DNA of 64,000 nt from Candidatus Bathyarchaeia archaeon. GTDB lineage: Archaea; Thermoproteota; Bathyarchaeia; Bathyarchaeales; Bathycorpusculaceae. Below, in pieces: positions 48,289 to 58,684 of this stretch (positions within the stretch are counted from its first letter, which is position 1; the number at the start of each line of letters is the position of its first letter). The DNA is taken from the NCBI GenBank assembly GCA_049516875.1, contig JBEKSS010000002.1, forward strand, positions 96,001 to 160,000, written 5' to 3'. A program made the position numbers and the translations under genes. The notes below the pieces were generated by a model. The model was given only the letters and a program-made list of their open reading frames with translations, was not told the origin of the DNA and made no database searches.

Positions 48289-51183
48289 CTATTCTCTGTC
48301 CTTCCAGAATTCTCTTGTTCGCAGGTACTGGATTTTGGCTTTCAGGAGATCCATGAAAAACTCGTCCTCTTTGGGATGCATTTTTCCAAGAATTCTGGAG
48401 GCTGTTTCCGGGCCTACACCCTTGACTTCCAATGCCATTACTGCTTTTTTCCCGTAGCTTAATGCCAAGTCGGCTGTACGTCTTGCCTGAGCCAGTTCCC
48501 TGAGTTCTTCCTCGGACACTTCTTTGCCTTCGCGTCTTCTCTTCAAGACTTCATACACGTGTTCTGCGTCTTGGTTCGGGTTCAGAAGTGCCAAGAGTTT
48601 TGAACCGCATTTTCGGCACGCGGGTTGGTCTGGCAGGTTTCTTATTCTCTCTTCGTCAGCCCATTGGCCACACGACATGCACAGCAGCGACGCTGTTCTT
48701 GCCTCTATTGCTTTTTTCATTCTGTCTATGTTGTTCAATAACACTTTTTCGGGAGCCATCAGCTCTGACATGTCAGAGAACTTTGCAAGCACGTGATAGG
48801 CTAATGGTGTGGGCTTTTCTTGGCTGAACACTGTGCTGACCTTGATTCTTCCGTTGCTTACGCCGCGCATGATCTCCTTGGCTTTCTTAATGTCCACTTT
48901 TTCAATCATAGCTTCGCGTAATGTCTCATCCAGAATCGGCGTGTTTCCAAACCGTTTGGGCAGCTGACTTAACCGTTCGTAACTCATGGTCTTTCCGCGT
49001 GGCAAGGCTCCAAATCGTTCAGCCACGAACTTCATTTTGTAGGAAAACGGAAACTTCGACTCCAAGTATGCTGCAAAAGCCTGTTCTGTCTCTTGAACTG
49101 TAAGGCTGAACAGACGTGCACACATATTTTCAACTTCCTGTCGCGTCAGCTTCCTAGGCGTCTCAATCAGCATGTGGTAACCGTCGTTCCACCAGCCGAC
49201 GATGACTTCCCTGTCAGACAAGACAGAGTCGAAGATGCAACCCAAGGTACGATTGACCATCTCACCAAAGCATGCGTGGATTATCAGGAACTTGTCAAAA
49301 CCTTCAACGACAATGTGCTTGTCGGTTGGCAACGGTGCTCCTTGTTTCAAGTGCTCTTCAACTTCTTGAACCGTGCTCAACAATGTAGACTTGTCTGTTG
49401 AAAATTCCCCTGCCAGTCTCTCTGCTGCAGTCTCAGCTTTTCCGGTTTCCTTCAGTGTTTTTACGATTCTTCCTCGCAGTTGTCCAGTTTCCTGGGCAAG
49501 CTCGAACGGAACAGGCAGCATCTCGCCGTCCCAGCCTGGAACTGCCGCCAAAGGATCTTCTGAAGGCACGACGTAAACCGTCCCTGTTTCCCCTTCAATC
49601 TGAACAATCCGCCAAACGTGCCCTTTGACGATGAAGTTCAATCCGACGCGGGCTTTCAACGCCATGAACTCGTCGCCCAAGGTGGCGATTTTCCTGTCTG
49701 AAATCACGTTGACTATCGGGTAACGTCTTTCGTCAGGAATCATCGACAGATTTTCGTAGTAGTACTTTCGACTGTTACGGCCTTTTCTCAAACCCTTGCC
49801 TTCTTGGTCAATCCTTATTTCCCCAAGACGTTCTAAAAAGCATACTACGTCCCAAAGAAGCTTTTGTGAAAGCTTCCGATAGGGATAGGCCCGCCGTAGC
49901 AGAGCCAAAAGCCCCTTCAAACTCACCGTCGCTTCGTCCATTACTGTTCCAACAATCTGGTGCGCTAGAACGTCCAAGGCGCTTTCATGGATCAAAACAT
50001 GTTCAAGCCTGCCCGCTTGAGCACTTTTTATCGCTGCAACAGATTCAAGCGTGTCATCTGGAAAGGCCGTGATGATGACGCCTTCGGAGAGCATGTCCAA
50101 ACGATGACCGCTGCGTCCCACTCTCTGGATTAGGCTGCTAACCTGTCTAGGCGAGAGGTACTGAATAACGAGGTCAACCCTGCCGATGTCGATTCCAAGC
50201 TCCAAAGTGCTCGTGCAGACAATCGCCTTCAGGTCGCCTGTTTTGAACTGATCCTCAATCTGTGCGCGTTCCTCTTTCGACAGAGAACCGTGATGCACGG
50301 CAATGTCTCTGCGTCCAAGCTGATTGAATCTGTAGCCCAGCATCTCGGCGACGGTTCTGCTGTTAACAAAAATCAACGTTGACTCGTGGCTGTCGACGAG
50401 CTCTCTCACCCGTCTGATCCTTGCAGCCGCTTCAGGCGACGTGTTGAGCGTTCGAGCCAAATCATAGTCTGCTTCAACAGGGACAGGATTCTCAACGTAG
50501 TAGCGGTAACCCTTGGGCAACACGGCTTCTACGATTCTGATGCTTCTCTCAGTTCCGGCAAGAAGCTGCGCAACTTCATCCGGATTACCTACTGTGGCTG
50601 ACAAGCCGATTCTTTGAAACTCCCTCCCGACAACCTCCCGTAGTCTTTCTAAAGCGACTGCAAGTTGAACCCCACGTTTGCTGGAGGCGAGTTCATGCAC
50701 CTCGTCCACAACAACATACTGGACGCCGCGCAAGTGCTGCTTCATGCGCGAACCCGGAAGAATCGCTTGAAGAGTCTCAGGCGTTGTGACAAGCATGTCA
50801 GGGGGAAAGACTGCTTGTCTTCTTCGAAGCTTCAGATCAGTGTCTCCATGCCTGACCTCGATTGAGACACCGAGTTTGGAAGCCCAGAATGATAGGCGCT
50901 TCAAAAGGTCACGGTTCAAAGCCCTTAAAGGTGTAACATAAAGTACAGCTATTCCCTTTCTTGACACCTGCTGAACCAGTTTGGAGAAAATGGGAAGAAG
51001 AACAGCCTCGGTTTTTCCGCTTCCAGTGGGCGCAAGCAATAGCACGTTATCCCCGGCAAGGATGGGCGAAGCCGCCATCTTCTGCGGCAGAGTTGCTTCT
51101 GAGAAGCCAATCTCGCTTAATGCTGAACGAACAGGTTTTGCGAATAGGCTGAAAACCTCGGAATTCGAGGGTTTTTCACGCAT
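48289..51183 (-). CDS. lhr: Lhr-family DEAD/H helicase
   Basis: APTGSGKT, PLRAL, DEVH, GLSAT, HHGSLS, STLELGID, QRVGRSGH, C-terminal zinc finger. Confidence 0.92.
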   Translation of the reverse strand: MREKPSNSEVFSLFAKPVRSALSEIGFSEATLPQKMAASPILAGDNVLLLAPTGSGKTEAVLLPIFSKLVQQVSRKGIAVLYVTPLRALNRDLLKRLSFWASKLGVSIEVRHGDTDLKLRRRQAVFPPDMLVTTPETLQAILPGSRMKQHLRGVQYVVVDEVHELASSKRGVQLAVALERLREVVGREFQRIGLSATVGNPDEVAQLLAGTERSIRIVEAVLPKGYRYYVENPVPVEADYDLARTLNTSPEAAARIRRVRELVDSHESTLIFVNSRTVAEMLGYRFNQLGRRDIAVHHGSLSKEERAQIEDQFKTGDLKAIVCTSTLELGIDIGRVDLVIQYLSPRQVSSLIQRVGRSGHRLDMLSEGVIITAFPDDTLESVAAIKSAQAGRLEHVLIHESALDVLAHQIVGTVMDEATVSLKGLLALLRRAYPYRKLSQKLLWDVVCFLERLGEIRIDQEGKGLRKGRNSRKYYYENLSMIPDERRYPIVNVISDRKIATLGDEFMALKARVGLNFIVKGHVWRIVQIEGETGTVYVVPSEDPLAAVPGWDGEMLPVPFELAQETGQLRGRIVKTLKETGKAETAAERLAGEFSTDKSTLLSTVQEVEEHLKQGAPLPTDKHIVVEGFDKFLIIHACFGEMVNRTLGCIFDSVLSDREVIVGWWNDGYHMLIETPRKLTRQEVENMCARLFSLTVQETEQAFAAYLESKFPFSYKMKFVAERFGALPRGKTMSYERLSQLPKRFGNTPILDETLREAMIEKVDIKKAKEIMRGVSNGRIKVSTVFSQEKPTPLAYHVLAKFSDMSELMAPEKVLLNNIDRMKKAIEARTASLLCMSCGQWADEERIRNLPDQPACRKCGSKLLALLNPNQDAEHVYEVLKRRREGKEVSEEELRELAQARRTADLALSYGKKAVMALEVKGVGPETASRILGKMHPKEDEFFMDLLKAKIQYLRTREFWKDRE

Positions 51184-51186
51184 TTC

Positions 51187-52008
51187 TTACAAGCCACAAG
51201 ACCTTTTGTTAAACGTCCTTCTTAATCTTGGTGAGAGCGGATACGAAAGTACAAGCCCTGCTTCTTCCCGATATGGGATAGAAACTTTTTCCTTGAACTT
51301 GCCTCTGGAAAGCAGGTTGCCGAGCTCTTCTGCTAAGACCTCTTTTCTGGAACAGAAGATGACCTCGTTCATACCGTTTGTCCACACGGTCAACCCTCTC
51401 GTTTTCCCCTTGTGGAGCAAGTGAAGGAATGAGTCTTCTTCGCCCAGCTGCAGCATGGCTATGGCGCTTGAACCCTGAAGGGCACAGAAGAAGGAGTACA
51501 ATGCTTCCGTCACATCTTCTTTCTCGCTTAGTATCTCTTCGAAAAAGTGGGGGATGACTTCTGAATCGATGAGTTCAAACTTTTCTGATTTAAAAACGTG
51601 CGCGTTGCCCAACGTCTTTCTGATCTCCTTGTAGTTCTCAACCTTGCCGTTGTGGACTGAGACAACGGTTAACTCTGGCTCCCTTTCAACAACGTACGGT
51701 TGTGCTGTCTCTTTGTACTTCGCCGTCTTCATGAATTCTGGGCTGGGCATCCGCACATGGCCAATCAACACAGAAGCCTCGTCAACCTTCACCGTCTCTG
51801 CTAATCTCTTGGCAGGAGAATCCCTGACCTTTCCAACCTTTTCAACCAAAACGTTGCCGTCCTCCAAGAGCAAAGCCACGCCCGCCCCGAAGCCTCCAAC
51901 AGGTCGCGGTTCCTGAGGGTACTGATGAACCTCTAGTTCCTGAAGAACTTTGCAGACCCTGATAATGGGCAAGGGCTTCTTCAGAGCAAATCCGAATATG
52001 CCGCACAT
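51187..52008 (-). CDS. Stand-alone class II glutamine amidotransferase domain protein
   Basis: N-terminal MCGIFG, IGHVR, AQPY, VHNG, DSEV. Confidence 0.8.
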   Translation of the reverse strand: MCGIFGFALKKPLPIIRVCKVLQELEVHQYPQEPRPVGGFGAGVALLLEDGNVLVEKVGKVRDSPAKRLAETVKVDEASVLIGHVRMPSPEFMKTAKYKETAQPYVVEREPELTVVSVHNGKVENYKEIRKTLGNAHVFKSEKFELIDSEVIPHFFEEILSEKEDVTEALYSFFCALQGSSAIAMLQLGEEDSFLHLLHKGKTRGLTVWTNGMNEVIFCSRKEVLAEELGNLLSRGKFKEKVSIPYREEAGLVLSYPLSPRLRRTFNKRSCGL

Positions 52009-52233
52009 CCTGCAATTCCTCCACCCAATTCTTTGTCTCTCTCAAAGGACTCTTCTCAGTCAGTCAAAACTAAACCTTTCGGTGAACACCTTTCTTCGAT
52101 TTCCAATCGCAGCCCGTGTTGAACACGATTAGCACGCATTTTTCAGCCCGCTTTCAGCCTAAGGCACCCGGCTGAAATCGGAAGAAAGGACCAATCAGAC
52201 CAAAACCTTGAAATCGTCTCGTGAGTAACATTG

Positions 52234-52306
52234 TTTGGACGATGAGGTCATCGAGGTACGGAGACGCTGTTGGCGAATGATCGCTTTTTCCGCTGCTGAG
52301 TCCAAA
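52234..52306 (+). ncRNA. Box C/D guide sRNA
   Basis: Terminal stem tttggac/gtccaaa, C box (c)gatga, D' cgga, C' gaatga, D ctga; D' guide is antisense to conserved 23S TACCTCGATG. Confidence 0.75.
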
Positions 52307-52406
52307 AATGGAAGACAATCGTTGTTAGCTTGAAACGCTCTCAAGAGTAGACAGAGTGTCGAGACCTCTGTGTTGTGTAAATAAAGAAAGGGGAGAGAGG
52401 AGGAGG

Positions 52407-52634
52407 TTAACGTTCTGTCGGTCCGGTGATGTAGGCCCAGACGCTTACGAGTGCAACTGTTAGCAAGGCTCCAGCGAATCCCGACAGCAGGTACCTTGAG
52501 CTGATAAACGCTGGCAAGATAGTTGCGAGTGCAGGAATCGCGTATGTCGCGGTCAAATCTGCAATCATTCCGGCAAAGAATCCCAAGATTGCCACAAAGA
52601 CGAAAATTTTTAACCTTTCACCCATTTGATTCAC
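52407..52634 (-). CDS. Small two-TM membrane protein
   Basis: Hydrophobic 75-aa ORF divergent from the cdv cluster. Confidence 0.65.
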   Translation of the reverse strand: MNQMGERLKIFVFVAILGFFAGMIADLTATYAIPALATILPAFISSRYLLSGFAGALLTVALVSVWAYITGPTER

Positions 52635-52853
52635 CTTTTTGAATAGGAATTAATTCAAGTCTCTTTTTAGTCTAACTTACACTTTTATGTCTATTCTCGG
52701 AAAACCGCGAACATACCCTTTTAGTTGGAAAATTAAAGCCCAAAACTGTTTCCGCCAGGACATATAGCTCCACATATATACCTGCATGTTTTCACCATGT
52801 TAACAATGTATAAGATTCTTCCACGCGACCTTTGGTCTCTGGAGGTAATTAAC

Positions 52854-53525
52854 TTGTCAGAAAGGTTTAGCAAAAAATGGGAAACAAGAAGAGAAGAGCA
52901 ACCCTTCACAAACCGTGTAAAAGAGGCAGTTAAGCCACCAGGCCCACTGAAACCACGCTTAGACTTCGCTGTTCGACGCATAGAACTGCAAGTTCAGAAA
53001 CTGGACCAAGCCACAGATAGATTCGGCCAAAGGGACAAGACAATCTTCGCAAGGATAGTAGACGCATACACCAAGCATGACACCTCGCGAGCAAACGTTT
53101 TTGCCAACGAGCTGTCAGAGATACGCAAGATGGAGAAGCTCATCATAAACGCAAGACTTGCACTCGAACAGATAGTGTTAAGATTACGCACCGTATCAGA
53201 ACTTGGAGATGTAGTGTCAACACTAGGCCCAGCAGTCGGCGTCTTGAGATCTGTCAGAGCTGGACTGGTAAGCGTTTTCCCCGAAGCAGAGAGCGAACTC
53301 GGCGAAATCGGCAACATGCTCAGCGGAATAATGATGGAAGCAGGAACAGGCTCAGGAATGACGTTGAACTTTGACAACGTGAACGAAGATGCAACTAAAA
53401 TTCTCACAGAGGCAGCGACAGTCGCAGAACAAAGAGTCAAAGAGAAGTTCCCAGACCTGCCACCAGGAATGCCAGGATTACCAGCAACACCACTAGGCGA
53501 AAAATCCTCGACGGAAACTTCGTAA
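52854..53525 (+). CDS. ESCRT-III (Snf7/CdvB paralog)
   Basis: RANVFANELSEIRKM..LEQIVLRLRTVSELGD; C-terminal FPDLP; SD ggaggt before TTG. Confidence 0.9.
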   Translation: MSERFSKKWETRREEQPFTNRVKEAVKPPGPLKPRLDFAVRRIELQVQKLDQATDRFGQRDKTIFARIVDAYTKHDTSRANVFANELSEIRKMEKLIINARLALEQIVLRLRTVSELGDVVSTLGPAVGVLRSVRAGLVSVFPEAESELGEIGNMLSGIMMEAGTGSGMTLNFDNVNEDATKILTEAATVAEQRVKEKFPDLPPGMPGLPATPLGEKSSTETS

Positions 53526-53543
53526 ACATAGGGGACGAAAAAA

Positions 53544-54266
53544 ATGTCACAAAACCCCAACCTTTTTCTTTCCGTAGGAAAAAAAATCAACGACGAGTAC
53601 GGACGTGTGATAGGAAAGATAACCTCTTTTGCTGTGACCCCGAGTGGAAAATTTGACGGCGTCTTCGTTGAACTGGGCGATGGTAGATTTCTAAAGCGAT
53701 GCGTGGATAACCTAAAGTTTGACGGTTCTGAAATAACCCTCATCTCCAACATAAAAGCACAAGCAGGCATACTGAGCGACCAGATCCCCCTGATTTGGCG
53801 CAAAGATCAAGCTCTCAAGGACCTCTCTGAGAAGAAGAAAATATCAAAAGAACTCTACACAGAGCTGCACAACAACTTCGACGGAGTTCTAACTCAGCTG
53901 AAAAGCGAAGCTCAGACTTTGAAAGAGGAAATAGAAGACGAAATCGCAAAATGCAGCGAAGAAATAAAGGCTCTAAACTATGCCTTGGTCAACCTCGAAA
54001 TCGAGCACGAAATAGGAAAAGTCGACAACCAAGGCTATGAAACCGCCTTCTCGATGATTCAAGAAAACATCAAACGAGTACACATGGAGAAAACCGATCT
54101 AGAACTAACGACCAGCAAGCTTTCCAGCATACTGTTAGGTGACGCTTCCAAACCTGCTGAACAGACCAAAGGCAAGGTAACCGAAACGCTGAAAGGGCTT
54201 GCTTCAGGGCTTCCAGAACCGCCTGTATTCGTTTATGTGAAGGAAATCGGAAAAACCGGGATATAG
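53544..54266 (+). CDS. cdvA: CdvA-like cell division protein
   Basis: VGKKINDEYGRVIG PRC-like barrel, coiled coil, LEIEHEIG, terminal PVFVYV motif. Confidence 0.85.
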   Translation: MSQNPNLFLSVGKKINDEYGRVIGKITSFAVTPSGKFDGVFVELGDGRFLKRCVDNLKFDGSEITLISNIKAQAGILSDQIPLIWRKDQALKDLSEKKKISKELYTELHNNFDGVLTQLKSEAQTLKEEIEDEIAKCSEEIKALNYALVNLEIEHEIGKVDNQGYETAFSMIQENIKRVHMEKTDLELTTSKLSSILLGDASKPAEQTKGKVTETLKGLASGLPEPPVFVYVKEIGKTGI

Positions 54267-54320
54267 ACTGGGAAAAGAGAGTAGCTGGCGGAGGGAAGAA
54301 CCATCAAAGGATTTATCCAT

Positions 54321-55205
54321 TTGAGCCCTCCACCTCTCCGCGAAACAGCCGTCAGGTCAATTCATGTGCTGAGAGTCGAACACAACAAGCTTGAACAGGC
54401 AAGTTACAGGCTTAAAGAGAGAGACAAAATCCTTTTTCAAACGTGCGTCGGAGCTCTCAAAGCGAAGAACAAAGACCGCGCAGCAATCTGCGCCAACGAA
54501 ATTGCAGAAGTCCGGAAGCTCATAAACTTCCTTTTCAATGTAGAACTAGCAATTGAACGGGTAATCCTTAGACTAGAAACTATAAAAGAGCTGAGCGAAA
54601 TAGTCATCGACCTCAAACCCGCGTTGAAGCTTCTTCAAAACGTCTCACAAGAACTGTTCCAATTCTTGCCAGATGTCTCGTCTGAACTAGGCAAAGTCAA
54701 CGACACGATAAGCGAGACGCTCTACTCAACTAAGATAACAGCCGACGAATCGGTGATTCCGGTAAACCGCAAGACGCCTGGAGGCGAAGAAGTACTAAGC
54801 GAAGTCTCAAGCTTTCTTGAACAAAGAATATCCAGAGATCTTCCTGAGCCGCCTGCTGCTCACAAAGTCCCAGATAATGAACGAGCTACGTTGGAAGAGA
54901 TGCTTGCGTTAGCAGCAACCAATTGCTCGGAAACGAAGACTTGCAAAGTCTCTGAAGAGTCTGGAAGAGATTCTTCTCAAACCCTCATTTCTTATAAGAA
55001 ATCCGAGATCAAGGAAATCTCTTTGAAAGTTGAAAATCCTCAGTTGGAGGATGTTCTTCTCGATTACGTAAGAAGGAGCAACGGACAAATCGACCTTGAA
55101 CGTTGCTCGGTTGACTTGGAAACCTCAAACGAGGATATTGAGAAAGCCCTCGAAAGTTTAGGGTCGAAGGGAAAAATAAAAATTGAATTGAAAGCAGGAG
55201 AATGA
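54321..55205 (+). CDS. cdvB: ESCRT-III CdvB with C-terminal winged helix (may start at CTG 54285)
   Basis: RAAICANEIAEVRK..IERVILRLETI, DLPEPP, LLDYVRRSNGQID..LESLGSKGKI. Confidence 0.85.
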   Translation: MSPPPLRETAVRSIHVLRVEHNKLEQASYRLKERDKILFQTCVGALKAKNKDRAAICANEIAEVRKLINFLFNVELAIERVILRLETIKELSEIVIDLKPALKLLQNVSQELFQFLPDVSSELGKVNDTISETLYSTKITADESVIPVNRKTPGGEEVLSEVSSFLEQRISRDLPEPPAAHKVPDNERATLEEMLALAATNCSETKTCKVSEESGRDSSQTLISYKKSEIKEISLKVENPQLEDVLLDYVRRSNGQIDLERCSVDLETSNEDIEKALESLGSKGKIKIELKAGE

Positions 55206-56380
55206 AAATTATGAGTGCATCCCAAGAGCTTGAGAAATCTGCAACCAACTTTGCCTTGGAAGCAGTGCGCCTAGATAAGCAAGGAGCAAAGGGCATGGCA
55301 ATAACTACGTATCAAAAGGCCATAGAAAGCCTTTTGCAACTCGTCCAACTCTACCCCGAATACAGCTTGAACAAGGTTTACATACAAAGAGCAATCGCCT
55401 ATCAAGAACGAATCAAAGCAATACAAGGCGCCGTAACATATTCAGAACCGCGGCCCGAAGCCAGATGCAACGGCGTTGAAGGAGAAACCAAGACTGAAGG
55501 CGGAAAATCAAGCTATGAAGAACTTATAGTAACGGAGAAACCAAACGTAAAATGGGAAGGAGTCGTCGGGCTTGATCCCGCTAAGAAGGCTGTAAAAGAA
55601 GCCATAGTCTACCCAGTTCAGCGACCAGACCTGTTCCCGTTAGGTTGGCCAAGAGGTATTTTGTTGTTCGGGCCGCCAGGCTGCGGCAAAACCCTGCTGG
55701 CCGCTGCGGTTGCCACGGAAATTGAGGCAAACTTCGTCTCGATAGATGCGGCCTCAATAATGTCCAAGTGGCTGGGAGAGGCTGAACAGAACGTGGCCAA
55801 ACTTTTCGGTTCGGTCAGGAAATCCGCGTTGGAAGGCAAGGCGGCCATAGTGTTCATCGACGAACTGGACTCTATGATGGGCAAACACTCGAGCGAGGTC
55901 GGTGGCGAAATCAGGGTCAGGAACCAGTTTCTGAAAGAAATGGACGGAATCATGGACAAAGGCAAGAACCTGCACGTTTACGTCATCGGAGCGACTAACA
56001 AGCCGTGGGATTTAGACTGGGCCTTCATCAGAAGGTTCCAGAAAAGGATTCTGGTGCCTCTTCCAGACCACCACACGCGATTAATGATGTTCAAACTCTA
56101 CACGACCAATCTGCAACTGGCACCTGATGTTGACCTACATGAGTTGGCCCGGCTTTCGGAAGGCTTCTCGGGAAGCGACATCAGAGATGTCAACCAATCG
56201 GCACAACTATCACTCATAGGTGAATTCTTCGAGTCTGGAAAAGCGAACGACAAACAGGCCAAACCACGGGCTCTGACGATGGATGACTTCAGACAGACAC
56301 TGGAAGAGAGAAAACCCAGTGTCTCCCTCGACATGCTGGCGCTGTATAACAGATGGTTTGAGGCCTTCAAGGCGCTTTAG
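55202..56380 (+). CDS. cdvC: Vps4/CdvC AAA ATPase with MIT domain
   Basis: MIT helices, GPPGCGKT, SKWLGE, FIDELD, ATNKPWDLD..RRFQKR. Confidence 0.93.
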   Translation: MKIMSASQELEKSATNFALEAVRLDKQGAKGMAITTYQKAIESLLQLVQLYPEYSLNKVYIQRAIAYQERIKAIQGAVTYSEPRPEARCNGVEGETKTEGGKSSYEELIVTEKPNVKWEGVVGLDPAKKAVKEAIVYPVQRPDLFPLGWPRGILLFGPPGCGKTLLAAAVATEIEANFVSIDAASIMSKWLGEAEQNVAKLFGSVRKSALEGKAAIVFIDELDSMMGKHSSEVGGEIRVRNQFLKEMDGIMDKGKNLHVYVIGATNKPWDLDWAFIRRFQKRILVPLPDHHTRLMMFKLYTTNLQLAPDVDLHELARLSEGFSGSDIRDVNQSAQLSLIGEFFESGKANDKQAKPRALTMDDFRQTLEERKPSVSLDMLALYNRWFEAFKAL

Positions 56381-56537
56381 CAGGAGATGATGACAGAGTA
56401 CGTAACAGGAGCATGTTGAAACACAGGGTGGAAAGGTTCGGAGAATTACCTTAAGTTTTTGGAGTATCTCCTTTCTCCCATCTCCCCCTCAGATAATATC
56501 TCCAAACCCCACAAACCTAGATGCAACATGACTCGTG

Positions 56538-57065
56538 TTACAACTTTTTTCTAACTGCTTTTTCAACTATATCAGCGATTTCTTTGCCATGCTTGAGTAC
56601 GTCTATGTACGGAATCTTCATGTTCGCTTTTCCAGGTGAGTATGGTCCTGTGAAGGCCAATATTGGCCTGAAGACTTCAACTGCTTCTTCAATGTCTTTC
56701 GCGGATTCTGCAACCACAATCTTGTGTACACTCTTATCTTCTGCCACGAGTTTTTTGAATCCTTCTAGGAAAACTATGTCGCTGCCTTTACATCTCTGCA
56801 AAATCTCTTTCATGGAGAGGTGTGTACGAGTTTTCTCTATAGTAGCGATCTCACCGGCCGATGCTGCAACGACCATCTTGGCCCCTGATTGAGCGTAACG
56901 CCACGTGTCTTTTCCTTCCGTGTCAATCGTGAAATTTGACTCTGAGACGTGTTTAGCTACCGCAATCCTGTAACCTCTCTTGGAAAGCTCTCTTATCAAG
57001 ATCTCTATCGTGGTGGTTTTTCCAGATTTCTTTCCACCTACAACCCCGACAACTGTTGCCCTCAA
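56538..57065 (-). CDS. mobB: Molybdopterin-guanine dinucleotide biosynthesis protein B
   Basis: GGKKSGKTT, KH..DTEGKDTWR..GA, EGFK. Confidence 0.9.
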   Translation of the reverse strand: MRATVVGVVGGKKSGKTTTIEILIRELSKRGYRIAVAKHVSESNFTIDTEGKDTWRYAQSGAKMVVAASAGEIATIEKTRTHLSMKEILQRCKGSDIVFLEGFKKLVAEDKSVHKIVVAESAKDIEEAVEVFRPILAFTGPYSPGKANMKIPYIDVLKHGKEIADIVEKAVRKKL

Positions 57066-57553
57066 GTGCTGCGCACCTCTGTTTGCCCCATTTCTTCCAT
57101 GAAAACTCTTTTCAGCACGTTCTTGTCTATTTTCAGCTTCTGCGAGAGATCTCTTGACCATCGTAGGTAGGCTCTGAAGAGGCTTTGAAATATCTCCGCC
57201 TTTTCTTTGTCAGACAACTCTTTTTCTTCGGCAAGTAGCAATGCAAACCACTTTCCAGCGCTCGAAAGCTGATAGGCTTTGACCCAAGTAATACGTCCGC
57301 TTCTCTCAGTTTTCTCCATTTTCTCGCTCAATATCCTAAGCTTAGTCAGTGACTTCAGATTTTCGATGACGGTTTTGTTTGAGTAAGTCAGCGTCTTCAC
57401 AAGGTCTCTTTGGTAAATCTTGTTCGAAATGCCCTGTCTGAGTGAGAATTTCAGTATATCAACAGCCGCTTTTGAACCGAAGATGGCGCTCAGAACTTTG
57501 ATCTTGTGTTCGGATGGAAGAAAAACTACATAGGGATGTAAGTTCTCGCTCAA
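57062..57553 (-). CDS. Winged-helix HTH protein
   Basis: IYQRDLVKTLTYSNKTVIENLKSL helix-turn-helix plus wing. Confidence 0.7.
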   Translation of the reverse strand: MSENLHPYVVFLPSEHKIKVLSAIFGSKAAVDILKFSLRQGISNKIYQRDLVKTLTYSNKTVIENLKSLTKLRILSEKMEKTERSGRITWVKAYQLSSAGKWFALLLAEEKELSDKEKAEIFQSLFRAYLRWSRDLSQKLKIDKNVLKRVFMEEMGQTEVRST

Positions 57554-57658
57554 TTCTGCTCACATCAGATTGCTGTAGTTTGCTCTTGCTTTAAACGTTA
57601 TTGCCTTGTGCAATAGGTTTTTGTGGCACTCTAGTCTCATCATATCGAGGTGCTCTGA

Positions 57659-58684
57659 ACGAACCTGAAAAGTTGGATTCCCACGGACGGAGATACTTTC
57701 ACAACCAAAGAGGGGTTCATATTCAACGTTTTCGGATATGAACATCCTGCCAACCGGGTTTTCGCATTTCTGAAATACATCCCAGCTGCGATGAAAAATC
57801 TCTTCGACATCGAATACTTGGAGAACACTTGGAACCTTGAAAGGCAAAAACTCTTTCGAGCCGAGAAACTCTACACCGCACAGAACTATCAGACTTTCTT
57901 AGGAACTTTTCGGAAGAGCTTCCCAGACTATGTGTACTATTGTCCCTTCAGAAGAAAAGAGGTCATCAGCGCGCCATTGGACTCCGTCAAAAACATCTTT
58001 GTTCCCAGAGACTGTTTGCATCAGCTGACCCAACTTGAAACCAAAGACGATTTACAAAGGACGACGTTAGGTCTTGTTGATTTGCTGTCAACCGAATCAG
58101 GCATTGGCTTAGAAGATTTTGGAGTCCACGGCTCTGTGGCCTTGAACATGCACACGTCAAAGTCAGACATAGACCTAGTGGTCTATGGAGAGCAGAACTT
58201 TCGTGTGTTAGAAGCAACCATAAACAGACTCGTTGGCGCCGGCAGGTTGAGCTACAAGTTCAGCAACCGCTTGGATGCGGCTCGGCGATACAAAGGAAGA
58301 TACGTGAACAAGATTTTCATGTACAACGCAATTCGCAAACCTGAAGAAAAAAAACAGAAATACGGACAGCTACAGTATACCACCGTAGCCCCTGTCAGCT
58401 TTACGTGCAAGGTTGAAGACGACAGCGAAGCGATGTTTAGGCCAGCTATCTACAAAATCAGGGACTGCGACCCAGGGGACGCACGTTCGGCACTGTGCGA
58501 AAACAAGGTTCCAGAGACTGTTGTTTCAATGATTGGCTGTTACCGCAACGTTGCCAGGCGAGGCGACACTATCAGGGTTTCAGGGATGCTGGAGCGTGCG
58601 GAAAACGTTGAAACAGGGCAAGTCTTCCATCAGGTCGTAGTGGGAACAGGCATCAGCGAGGAAGAGCATGTTTGGCCGCTTTGA
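57659..58684 (+). CDS. COG1665-like nucleotidyltransferase 1 (non-AUG start inferred)
   Basis: Frame open 44 codons upstream of ATG 57791 encoding [23 protein letters not shown]; [14 protein letters not shown]. Confidence 0.8.
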   Translation, partial: TNLKSWIPTDGDTFTTKEGFIFNVFGYEHPANRVFAFLKYIPAAMKNLFDIEYLENTWNLERQKLFRAEKLYTAQNYQTFLGTFRKSFPDYVYYCPFRRKEVISAPLDSVKNIFVPRDCLHQLTQLETKDDLQRTTLGLVDLLSTESGIGLEDFGVHGSVALNMHTSKSDIDLVVYGEQNFRVLEATINRLVGAGRLSYKFSNRLDAARRYKGRYVNKIFMYNAIRKPEEKKQKYGQLQYTTVAPVSFTCKVEDDSEAMFRPAIYKIRDCDPGDARSALCENKVPETVVSMIGCYRNVARRGDTIRVSGMLERAENVETGQVFHQVVVGTGISEEEHVWPL

